Below, piece after piece: positions 8,616 to 17,648 of a DNA stretch of 60,517 bases. The position numbers were made by a program, and so were the translations under genes. Origin of the DNA: Candidatus Cloacimonadota bacterium (GTDB lineage Bacteria > Cloacimonadota > Cloacimonadia > Cloacimonadales > TCS61); contig JAGLPW010000107.1 in NCBI GenBank assembly GCA_023137125.1, positions 1 through 60,517 on the forward strand. Direction: 5' to 3'. The notes beneath the pieces were generated by a model. It saw only the letters and a program-made list of their open reading frames with translations. It was not told the DNA's origin and searched no databases. How positions within the stretch are numbered: position 1 is the first letter of the stretch; each line of letters begins with the position of its first letter.

Positions 8616-10448
8616 TTACTTCAACATCAACATTTTCTTCATTATTGTTTCATCTTTAGTTGTTAATTTGTAGAAGAATATCCCTGATGACACACTCTTT
8701 TCGTTATTATCCTTGCCATTCCAGACTGTTTCATACGTTCCGGCCAGCTGTTCTCCTTTCACCAGAGTTTTCACGATCTGTCCTTTGATATTGTACACAA
8801 TGAGTTCAATCATACTATCATTTGGTAGAGAATAAGCAATTGTAGTAGATGGATTGAAAGGATTGGGATAATTGGAAGCAACTAAACTGGATGGTAATTC
8901 TGGTATATCTGGTGATGAGGTTCCATCTGAAATTGTTATTGGGTATACATATTGAACAAAATCACCTTCATCACTATAAACATAACTGATCATTCTAGCT
9001 TCTTCACCGGTTTGAATGCCGGATGTAACAGTGAATGATGTTTCATAATAATCACCAGCAATTACAATTTCTTCTTCAAAATAAGGTTCACCAAATTTTG
9101 TATAGTCTACTTCGTAATAGTATCCATTAATAGAATTTGAATAAAAACAATCATATTCTGACTCAAATGCCTTAAATTCACATTGAGAATAATCAATGGA
9201 GGGAAGCTGTCCGGAAATTGAAATATCATCATTATATAATAATATCTCAGGGTTTCCAATAATTGTAATATTCTCATCACGTTGTGGAGAATTCACAAAA
9301 AGCAATGGATCACCTAGTATATTAAATCTCTTGCTATTGATAATACCTGCTCCACTATTTATTTTAGCATCAAGAAGAGCAGCACCCAGATATTGATAAT
9401 CATTTATTATATTCTGGAAAAAAGCAAGAAATAGAACGCTATTACTACCACCACTTGTTGGTGCTCTGGCAGCAATAGAAGCAATTGCCCCACCATCCTC
9501 ATAGGTAAGGAATTGTTCTGCCATACAATCGAACTCCAAAGAACTGAAATCTCCAACACTACCTGAAGCTGCAGTGAATAGAGGAAGATGATCGGTATTT
9601 TGTAATAATTGAAGCTGGGTAGAAACCCTGAAATAGTCCTCATCACCTAGTACATCTTCGTTTCCATGACCAATAAAATGCCATATCAATTGCCCGTCAT
9701 TTACTTTATCAATAACGTCTTGTGCTGCTTCTGGTTTATTCCCATTTGTATTCATTTCATATTCTATACCCAATACACGATCTATCCAAGCTGCATCAGA
9801 TAATGATTCTGCTAATTCTTGTGATCTGGCTGTATGATTCAAACCACTTGAGTAAGATAATCCCTCTAAAGTTCCTCCTTTATGCTCATCATCTGCAACT
9901 ATGAGCATTTTATTTCGCCACCAATCAAGTGTTGGACTTGTGATATACTGAATATTTCTATTGATGATTAGCTCTAATTGTTCTATATTCTGAGCAGGAA
10001 ATCTACCGATAGGGATATCGGGATAGTAATCTGTATCCAGCATGACAAATTCATCATCTGTATACCCAATTACAACTATTCTGTTTTTATCATTGGGAGT
10101 ATTCCATTCTTCAGTTCCACTTCCCATTATAAGAACAGAACTATCCATCCAGATAGATGGGTCATCGAAAAATTCAATGAGATAATCTAGAATCGCTTCC
10201 GGATATGCTACTCCTCCGCTCATTTGATCAAATATGTCTTGTTGATCTACAACAGAACGTACGATTTGAAATTCATTCCAATAGAAATCTGCTAATAGAT
10301 TTGCCTGAGTTAAGAATTCTTCTGGTGCGATAATAATGTGCTGCCCATCACGAGCTCTTTCAATGTGTTTTTGTTGTTTTGAATTTATCGCCTTCAATCC
10401 TATTAATACTAATATCATCATTCCGATTAGTGTAATACGCTTTGCCAT
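8616..10448 (-). CDS. Peptidase C25 (gingipain)-like secreted protein with T9SS C-terminal domain
   Basis: HFIGHGNEDVLG ... LPLFTAASGSVGDF ... NILGDP resembles the gingipain catalytic region. C-terminal NYPNPFNPSTTIAYSL...MLMLK. Confidence 0.65.
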   Translation of the reverse strand: MAKRITLIGMMILVLIGLKAINSKQQKHIERARDGQHIIIAPEEFLTQANLLADFYWNEFQIVRSVVDQQDIFDQMSGGVAYPEAILDYLIEFFDDPSIWMDSSVLIMGSGTEEWNTPNDKNRIVVIGYTDDEFVMLDTDYYPDIPIGRFPAQNIEQLELIINRNIQYITSPTLDWWRNKMLIVADDEHKGGTLEGLSYSSGLNHTARSQELAESLSDAAWIDRVLGIEYEMNTNGNKPEAAQDVIDKVNDGQLIWHFIGHGNEDVLGDEDYFRVSTQLQLLQNTDHLPLFTAASGSVGDFSSLEFDCMAEQFLTYEDGGAIASIAARAPTSGGSNSVLFLAFFQNIINDYQYLGAALLDAKINSGAGIINSKRFNILGDPLLFVNSPQRDENITIIGNPEILLYNDDISISGQLPSIDYSQCEFKAFESEYDCFYSNSINGYYYEVDYTKFGEPYFEEEIVIAGDYYETSFTVTSGIQTGEEARMISYVYSDEGDFVQYVYPITISDGTSSPDIPELPSSLVASNYPNPFNPSTTIAYSLPNDSMIELIVYNIKGQIVKTLVKGEQLAGTYETVWNGKDNNEKSVSSGIFFYKLTTKDETIMKKMLMLK

Positions 10449-10565
10449 AAAAAACCACCTTTATTAATTTTTTTGCAAAGATAATGAAGCTATCAATATA
10501 GTTTAGCAGCTCCCTTAATAATTTATTGTAAAAATTAAAAATATTAGCAATTTCATTTGATGTAC

Positions 10566-12050
10566 TTATTCTAATAATAGCATTTTTTTGTGCAAGCTTT
10601 TTTTACCGGTGATGAGTGTATATAAATAAACACCTGAACTTACTCGTTTATTATTATAATCTCTTCCATCCCAAATAACTGAATGTTGTCCAACTGATAA
10701 TTGATCGTTAAGAAGTGTTATGATTCTTTGTCCTTTGATGTTGGAAATGGATAATTCTACTTTACTTTCTTCTGGAATTGAGAAAGAGATTGTTGTTGTT
10801 GGGTTGAATGGATTTGGATAAGCTGATTTCAGATCAGTACAATCTATTGTTTCTACAAAATCATTATTTAATGCTGTATAATTCCCAGTTGTAAAATGCC
10901 ACATTCCGCTCCAAAGTGATTCATTTTCAGATGTAGATTTTATTCTCCACCAATACTCTGTATCAGGAAGCAATTCCGGAGAAAAAGTGAATGTATTATT
11001 CGAAGTATAAAGCCCATCACCAATGTAAATGAGATTATCATTTGAAATTCCCAAATAAAGCTCATACATAGCACCGGATTCTGCACCTTGCCAAGATAAC
11101 TCACTATTGTAAGCAACATTCTCCGCATGTCTTGTTGGAAAAGGATAACATGCTACATTTAAGTTTGCTGTAAAAGGATAATTAAGAGTACAGAATCCTC
11201 GACTCTCAAGAATTGGAATATGAACTTCCAATGCTTCTTGGGATATTGGATTAGTAAATATCCCAAGATATTGGATATACAAATAATCATCCAAGCCTAG
11301 ATTGGTGTTCTCCACTAACGGAAAAATATCTGTAATTTGGTTATCCTCTAGATGCAAATTATTTAAGTTCGTTAAATTAGAAATTGCTGAGATGTCGGTG
11401 ATCTGGTTGCTCTCTAGATGCAAAATATTCAAACTCAGCATACTGGAAATCGCTGAGATGTCTATGACCTGATTGTTGTCTAATCTAAATAATGTTAAAT
11501 TTGTAAGTCCGGAAAGTGCAGATATATCACTGATTTGATTATTGTACAAACTCAAAATCGTTAAATATGTAAGTCCGGAAAGTGAGATTATGTCACTGAT
11601 TTGATTATTGTGTAAACTCAAATATGTTAAATTTGTCAGTTCGGAAAGTGCGGTTAAATCACTGATCTGATTACCCAATAATTCCAAACGTGTTAAATTT
11701 ATCAGACCAGTAAGTGCATTTATTTCACTGATCTGATTACTCCACAAATCCAAACGCGTTAAATTCGATAGCCCGGACAGAACAGATATGTCACTGATCT
11801 GATTAATATGTAAATCCAACCATATTAAATTCGTTAAGTACTGAGCACCTTCGATAGATATAATATTTGCATTGCTAGCATTCAGAGTCCCGGTTAAACC
11901 ATTCAAATCGGCAATGGTAGGTTCATACTCTGGGGGTTGGCCAAGCGCTTCATTAATTTCTTCTCGGAAATTATCATCCGGTATAATTTGAGCAAAAAGC
12001 CCAAATCCCATAATACTAATAATAACTATTAAAAATAATTTATTACTCAT
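10566..12050 (-). CDS. Leucine-rich-repeat (internalin-like) secreted protein with T9SS C-terminal domain
   Basis: Start at MSNKLF (GGAGGA RBS). About eight 22-aa LTNLTxLxLxxNQISDISxLSG repeats and a C-terminal AYPNPFNPTTTISFSI...MLLLE. Confidence 0.8.
   Translation of the reverse strand: MSNKLFLIVIISIMGFGLFAQIIPDDNFREEINEALGQPPEYEPTIADLNGLTGTLNASNANIISIEGAQYLTNLIWLDLHINQISDISVLSGLSNLTRLDLWSNQISEINALTGLINLTRLELLGNQISDLTALSELTNLTYLSLHNNQISDIISLSGLTYLTILSLYNNQISDISALSGLTNLTLFRLDNNQVIDISAISSMLSLNILHLESNQITDISAISNLTNLNNLHLEDNQITDIFPLVENTNLGLDDYLYIQYLGIFTNPISQEALEVHIPILESRGFCTLNYPFTANLNVACYPFPTRHAENVAYNSELSWQGAESGAMYELYLGISNDNLIYIGDGLYTSNNTFTFSPELLPDTEYWWRIKSTSENESLWSGMWHFTTGNYTALNNDFVETIDCTDLKSAYPNPFNPTTTISFSIPEESKVELSISNIKGQRIITLLNDQLSVGQHSVIWDGRDYNNKRVSSGVYLYTLITGKKSLHKKMLLLE
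11310..11837 (-). repeat. 66-bp periodic LRR coding repeats
   Basis: Recurrent gtcactgatttgattattgt / tcactgatctgatta units with a 66-bp period. Confidence 0.7.
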
Positions 12051-12080
12051 TCTTCCTCCAAACTCATTATTCAATTATAC

Positions 12081-12139
12081 AGATAATGGTTGGCTGCTGC
12101 TCCGCTCTTCTTGCTTGGCTGTGGAGCTGTGTGTTAGTG
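12081..12139 (-). repeat. attC-like site, divergent short variant, minus orientation
   Basis: The minus strand reads CACTAAC-aca-cagctcc...ggagcagcag-ccaacc-ATTATCT. It has the same AAC...ccaaNc-ATTA frame as the plus-strand sites and starts 10 nt after the stop of the 12150-14306 gene. Confidence 0.5.
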
Positions 12140-12149
12140 GCATCTTCCC

Positions 12150-14306
12150 TCATTTTAATAACAAACATTTATTCACTGCTTCGATTTTTCCGTTAATACT
12201 CAGCTTATAGAAATAGATTCCTGATGAGACTTTCTTTCCTGTGAAGTCTTCCCCATTCCAAACTATTGAATGCTCTCCTGCTGATATTTGATTGCTTAAA
12301 AGTGATTTTATCTTCTGTCCCTTGATGTTGTAAATGGATAATTCTACTTTACTTTCTTCAAGAATTGAGAAAGAAATTGTTGTTGTTGGATTGAAAGGAT
12401 TGGGGTGATTTGATAGAATAAATTCTACTATTTGAATTTCATTATCATCTATTTCATTTAATTGATCAAAATAAAATGCTCCCATGTCTGCGATTGTCCC
12501 ATCAGGATCCAAAGGTGATGTAGGATCTCCAGCATCAATACAGGGTGAATTTTCGGTAAGATGATAATCTCCATTTGCTGCATCTACAAATAATGGATTT
12601 GAATCTATATTACCATCTCCTTCCCAACCTCCTTGAATATCGGAATAGATTACTGTAATTGTGTCTAATGATGAACTATAAATTTCTTGCGGGATATTGT
12701 TCCAAAGAATACAATTTACCAAATTTGGATGAGAATCTAAGATACTATAAATTCCACCACCAGTATCATTAGCCGAATTTCCATTGAATGTAACATTGTA
12801 TAAATTTGGATAAGAGTGAAGACAAGTTATTCCTCCACCCATACTTGATTGATTATTGATTATTGACACTTTTGTCAACGTTGGATTAGAATATATAAAG
12901 TATAGTCCACCACCTGAATTTGCAGTATTTTGAAAGAACTTAATATTTAACAAATTCGGTGAAGAATGAGCACAGAATATTCCGCCACCACGACTTGGAG
13001 AAGAAGTAGCATTTCCATTTTGAATAGTCATATTTTTAATGGAAAGATTATTGTCATCCCAACAATATAAGATATTATTTAATCCTTCACTATCAATAAT
13101 TGTATTTTCCATTTCCTCACCTTCTAATGAAATATAGCTTCTGCAATTAATAGGAAATCTTTCTTCTGTTTGAGAAAGTGAATAGATACCATTTTCTAAA
13201 AATATTGTATGCGGATTTAAACTATCTGCAATAACTTTTGCTAACGCATATTCAATATTTAGTAATGGGTCATCGAGAGTAATTCCACTATTCCCATTTG
13301 AACCAAATGAACTAACGTACAAATCACTATTCACCTGATCAATTTTACTATTTAAGATATCAAAAGAAAATTTATCAATTGGATAAGCAAAATATGAATT
13401 TGGTTGCAATACTGTAAAAGTATCAACAATTACATTTATTGTTTGATAATGAATTGTATGTAAATCATTATCCACATTAGCATGATTTAAATAAATATTG
13501 CATCTATTATTAGTATTAAAAAATATATTGGAATCATCAATAAAAATTCCACCTCCTCTTTTGGCAGAATTATTATTGATTGTAACATTAGATAAATTAA
13601 TTTCAGAACCATAATAGAAAATCCCACCGCCTTCTATACCTGCTTGATTATATGATATGTTAACATTCTCTAGTGATACATTTGATTCTGATATAGCAAT
13701 TCCACCACCACTTCCACCGTAAGTTGCATAAGCCGTGTTATTATTTATTCCTACATTCAATAATTGAATATCTGATTCTAAAATAAGTAACCCAGCACCA
13801 TAAAAAAATGAATTATTATTATAAATTAAGGAATTCGTTAATTTTGCATTCGAATTGTAGAAAAAGATTCCTCCTGCATCACCTTCAGAGACATTATCAT
13901 GAATTATTAAATGCTGCAAATATGGATTCGAATTATTAATACAGTTTATCCCAGCACCTATGGAATTTGGCCAAGATCCTTGAGCAAATCCATTAACGAT
14001 AGAAAATCCATATAGTACTGCAGTAGAGTCTTCACCGCTTTCAAAAATCACAACAATCCCATCAATAATTGTCTGAGAAATAAAGCTAGTATCTTGTGTT
14101 GTTAAGAATAATGATGCTATGGTTATGTCTTTGCCATTGTAATTAATATTCTCTGTATAAGTTCCTGGTTGAACTAAAACAGTATCTGCATCTACAGAGA
14201 TATCAATACCAGCTTGTATAGTTGGTTGATCTGCAGGGATATTAATTATGGTTGAATAAAGATTAGAGATAACAAAAACAAATAGTACTATTATTACTTT
14301 TTTCAT
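12150..14306 (-). CDS. Right-handed parallel beta-helix (PbH1/pectate-lyase-fold) secreted protein with T9SS C-terminal domain
   Basis: Repeated GGGI(F/Y)...N(S/N)...I.NN units, a signal peptide, and a C-terminal NHPNPFNPTTTISFSI...CLLLK. Confidence 0.8.
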   Translation of the reverse strand: MKKVIIVLFVFVISNLYSTIINIPADQPTIQAGIDISVDADTVLVQPGTYTENINYNGKDITIASLFLTTQDTSFISQTIIDGIVVIFESGEDSTAVLYGFSIVNGFAQGSWPNSIGAGINCINNSNPYLQHLIIHDNVSEGDAGGIFFYNSNAKLTNSLIYNNNSFFYGAGLLILESDIQLLNVGINNNTAYATYGGSGGGIAISESNVSLENVNISYNQAGIEGGGIFYYGSEINLSNVTINNNSAKRGGGIFIDDSNIFFNTNNRCNIYLNHANVDNDLHTIHYQTINVIVDTFTVLQPNSYFAYPIDKFSFDILNSKIDQVNSDLYVSSFGSNGNSGITLDDPLLNIEYALAKVIADSLNPHTIFLENGIYSLSQTEERFPINCRSYISLEGEEMENTIIDSEGLNNILYCWDDNNLSIKNMTIQNGNATSSPSRGGGIFCAHSSPNLLNIKFFQNTANSGGGLYFIYSNPTLTKVSIINNQSSMGGGITCLHSYPNLYNVTFNGNSANDTGGGIYSILDSHPNLVNCILWNNIPQEIYSSSLDTITVIYSDIQGGWEGDGNIDSNPLFVDAANGDYHLTENSPCIDAGDPTSPLDPDGTIADMGAFYFDQLNEIDDNEIQIVEFILSNHPNPFNPTTTISFSILEESKVELSIYNIKGQKIKSLLSNQISAGEHSIVWNGEDFTGKKVSSGIYFYKLSINGKIEAVNKCLLLK

Positions 14307-14333
14307 TACGATCTCCTAGTTAATGAAAAATTC

Positions 14334-15650
14334 TTAAAACATATTACGGAAATAATACCTACAACCGAAATAAAATCTCGCACGTTCTTCCCGTTTCAAA
14401 TCAGTTAAATTATAATCATCATATTCGTATAAATCTTTGTCTACATATTTCAATTCAGAACTTATTTGACAATACAATGAAAAATTATCCTCAATATAAT
14501 AATCAATTGATGTGCTTAATTTAACATTAAATTTATAACCATCAATATCCTCGTACCAGTAATAATTATAATTGAAAACGACATTAGAATTCCATCTAAT
14601 GCGATCAGTTACTTCAAATAAGTGACTATTTGAGAAATCAAATATTAAATTTGAATCTTCCGTTGAATCTTCTGTAAAATACTTTCCATAGGATAATGTT
14701 GAAGAAACTCCAATCTGATACTTAAGATTAACATTATTGTAATAATTGAAACTAATACTAGGACCAAGATAAAGCTCCTTGATTATATTGTCATCTCGTT
14801 CATTTATATAACTATGCCATAAATTAATACCGAGAAGGATTTCATTCCCTTGACGACGCGTGATATACTCTTGCATTACTTCAGTTAGATATAAATTCTC
14901 AGATATATTTAGAGCACTAAACTCATTACCCAAGATTGGGGATATCTCTTTCCAGAAATACTTTTCATGTCTATTATATACACTTGCAAATTGATGATAT
15001 TGTGCGAATTTATCTGCAAGTTCTTTTATCTGGTTTTCTGAAAGAGTCATTCCTTTGTTTAAAGCTTCCACTCTTTCCCTTAATCTTAATGCTCTGAAGA
15101 TTGGACTCACATCTCGTATTCTTCCAAAACCTATTCCCAAAAATGAAGTTGAATTCATGCGACGTTGAATGCGATCTTGATCATCTGGAGAAGCGTTTAT
15201 TTCACGGTAGCTTAATTGCGAAGTTAATGAAAAATTCATGAAAAAATCATCTTTAATATAAAAGTTATAATTCCCATGTATTCTTGGAAATAGTTCATAA
15301 CTTCTAGCTATCTCATCTATCTCATGTTCTTCATCCTGATCTTTAGAATAACCGAAATGAGTGTTAACAACAATATTAAAAGCATAAGAATTGTTATCTG
15401 ATTCAAAAGTTCGTGTATAATCAGGTGAAATATTGAGCGAATAATCTTCTCTTATTCGCTTATAAGCTGTTTCTCTTCTTAGAAAATTGCTTCTACCTGA
15501 AAAAGCGACACTGCTAATCGAATATCCCCAAGATGGAAGCTTATATTCCTTAATAAGATCATGATCTTCAATTTTGAAACCAACACTACTCCAACAATAA
15601 ACAAATGATGCTATCAACATGATAAATGCAGTAATAATAATTTTCTTCAA
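14334..15650 (-). CDS. Hypothetical secreted protein, possible OM beta-barrel
   Basis: Signal peptide. Y/F/N-rich with alternating pattern. C-terminus ...RYYFRNMF ends in an aromatic residue. Confidence 0.5.
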   Translation of the reverse strand: MKKIIITAFIMLIASFVYCWSSVGFKIEDHDLIKEYKLPSWGYSISSVAFSGRSNFLRRETAYKRIREDYSLNISPDYTRTFESDNNSYAFNIVVNTHFGYSKDQDEEHEIDEIARSYELFPRIHGNYNFYIKDDFFMNFSLTSQLSYREINASPDDQDRIQRRMNSTSFLGIGFGRIRDVSPIFRALRLRERVEALNKGMTLSENQIKELADKFAQYHQFASVYNRHEKYFWKEISPILGNEFSALNISENLYLTEVMQEYITRRQGNEILLGINLWHSYINERDDNIIKELYLGPSISFNYYNNVNLKYQIGVSSTLSYGKYFTEDSTEDSNLIFDFSNSHLFEVTDRIRWNSNVVFNYNYYWYEDIDGYKFNVKLSTSIDYYIEDNFSLYCQISSELKYVDKDLYEYDDYNLTDLKREERARFYFGCRYYFRNMF

Positions 15651-15769
15651 AATAATCCCCCAATTTTTTTATTAGTGAATATTCAAATTAATATCTCTTA
15701 TATTTATATAGATTAATTTATTAATATATTTGGGTGACTACATATGCTAACATTAATGATCATTAATGA

Positions 15770-16693
15770 TTAAGAAACATCATCTTTTAATATTTTTTTT
15801 GTCTCTTCGAAAGTAAGCGGAATTTTACCCTTTATCTTTTTGGGCAGTTTTTTGAGTATTTGTTTCATTGGCTTTTTGATCACTAAAACCGATTTAGGTT
15901 TAGAAATAAATTCGGTTACTTTAATCCTTTTACGTTTATCTAATTTGAATCTAAATCCACAGAATTGAACTTGATTGAGCGAATCAAAATAAGGTAGAAG
16001 GATTTCATGGATCATTTTATCTTTTAGGCTAATTTTATAATCTAAAACTTTTGCAATGTCCAAAGGCTGAATTTGTTCTGCCGGTATATGTTCCAAATAT
16101 GAATGAAGAGATTTAAGATCATTTGACTTCATCTTCTCTACAAATGTTTTTATAAATTTAACAATTTTTTTATTGGTATTATAATCAATAATATCTTTAG
16201 AAGTAGTATAACCCTCTTTTAACAATTTTTTAGCTTTGAGATTTCTTTTCATTTTGTAAACACGTGTGTGGGCAGAATGATATGACAGGTTCAGTAGTTT
16301 CGCAACTTTTGTAATAGTGAAACCACTTTTTACCCAGAGCCTGAATATTTTATAGTCATCAGCCGAGAGTAGCTGTTTAGCTTCTTCAGAGCTGATCAAT
16401 TTATCAGAATATTGAATTTTTTTCATAATATCTTCTAACTTATCTTCAAAATCTTCAATTTCTTCTTTTTGTAATAATAATTCTGAGTTCTTACCTTTGT
16501 TAAATCTAATATATACTTCATTTTTTGTAACTTTATTACTCCAAGCTATTGGATTCGTGATCTCCTTCTGATTTAATAGATACTTTAAAGATACAATTTG
16601 GGCGATGTCTTCTGCATCATGATAATTTCGTATCATCAAATTTGCTAAATTAAAGGCATTATTACGGACTATACTGTAAATTTCTTCAGTCAT
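15770..16693 (-). CDS. Sigma-70/ECF-like HTH protein with long C-terminal extension
   Basis: Start taken at MTEEIYS (ATG 16691-16693). YHDAEDIAQIVSLKYL is region-2-like and ITKVAKLLNLSYHSAHTRVYKMKRNLK is a region-4-like HTH. About 150 further residues follow. Confidence 0.55.
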   Translation of the reverse strand: MTEEIYSIVRNNAFNLANLMIRNYHDAEDIAQIVSLKYLLNQKEITNPIAWSNKVTKNEVYIRFNKGKNSELLLQKEEIEDFEDKLEDIMKKIQYSDKLISSEEAKQLLSADDYKIFRLWVKSGFTITKVAKLLNLSYHSAHTRVYKMKRNLKAKKLLKEGYTTSKDIIDYNTNKKIVKFIKTFVEKMKSNDLKSLHSYLEHIPAEQIQPLDIAKVLDYKISLKDKMIHEILLPYFDSLNQVQFCGFRFKLDKRKRIKVTEFISKPKSVLVIKKPMKQILKKLPKKIKGKIPLTFEETKKILKDDVS

Positions 16694-17012
16694 GATAATA
16701 TCCTTGCACTTTATTCTTTCATCACGAATTTTTGTTATAATAAATATATATAAAAAATAATAAATAATTTTCAACTTGAAACGGTAAAAAAAATGATTTG
16801 ATGGAATTATGTGTCAAGAATAATAGTATTTTATAGTGTGAAATAAAATAGTCAGAATTCTCCAAATTTTTAATTACTTTTTTGAGAAATCCAACTAGGA
16901 TTTTAAAACCATATTTAAGAGAATGATAATAGCAAAATATGTTGATTTTCTTTTTTTTATAATAAAATATTCGCTAAAAAAGTGACGGATTTTATGTCAA
17001 TCTCATAATATT

Positions 17013-17102
17013 TTTCACAACGTTTTTCCTGAAAAATAGCTAAAAATAACGGCGTAAGCTATTATGCCATAATAGCTTACGCCGATGTTATGGGGTGGAT
17101 AA
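17013..17102 (-). other. Second decayed tRNA-His 3'-end copy with perfect palindrome and TTTCACAACG motif
   Basis: 17089-17100 tatggggtggat is identical to 31880-31891. 17051-17083 ggcgtaagctattatgccataatagcttacgcc is a perfect palindrome followed on the minus strand by gTTATTTTTag. tttcacaacg at 17013-17022 also occurs twice at 31792-31813. Confidence 0.5.
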
Positions 17103-17648
17103 CAAGATGAATTTAGATAAAATGTTTACCAAAAGACTCAATGAACATTTTAATCGAGAAGACATTATGAAGACATACAATTTGGCAAAATATATGTTTT
17201 TGGAAGATCCAAATAGTGATCTGTACAAAATCTTTAAAAAGATATTCCCAGATGCTGAATAAGCTTCTTCGAGGGCAATGTTTCTACGGTGTTTTTAGAT
17301 AGCTCAAATGCGAGATAATTATTTTTATGTGAAATTACATTGATCGACAGTAAAATGAAATTTTACGTGGGTAAAAATAGTAGTTATTCTTGCCCCTATT
17401 TTTATAACTTTATGTCTCGATAATCGCGACTTAGTTAGTAATGAGAGCTGTTAGATTATTAACGTGTATTCCTGCCTCTTACCTAATCGTAATCAAATAA
17501 TATTGGAGAAGTTTGTTCTAATCTTTTCGTTTAAAGAAAATTAATATTTATACATTATTTTAATTGCTGTTCAATTTTATCCAATAGTGAAATCCTCTGA
17601 TGTATTTCATCACTATATTTTATGGGGTCCCTGAACACTTCGTTTTCT

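Noticed and set aside
10476-10565. Possible degenerate attC between the LRR and C25-like genes (the minus strand reads ...gctgctaaactatattgatagcttcATTATCT)
   Set aside because: It shares only the ATTATCT box with 12081-12087. It has no L arms and fails the reciprocal-complement test.
15741-15775. GCTAAC followed by the perfect palindrome attaatgatcattaat, next to the sigma-like gene stop
   Set aside because: The box resemblance is limited to 6 nt, there is no complementary R' box, and the sequence is too short. It is more likely a terminator or operator-type palindrome.
17107-17262. 51-codon ORF (MNLDKMFTKRLNEHF...) directly after the inner tRNA-His remnant, and a 36-codon ORF at 6011-6121 after the outer one
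   Set aside because: They have no similarity to each other, no clear RBS, and are too short to support from sequence alone.
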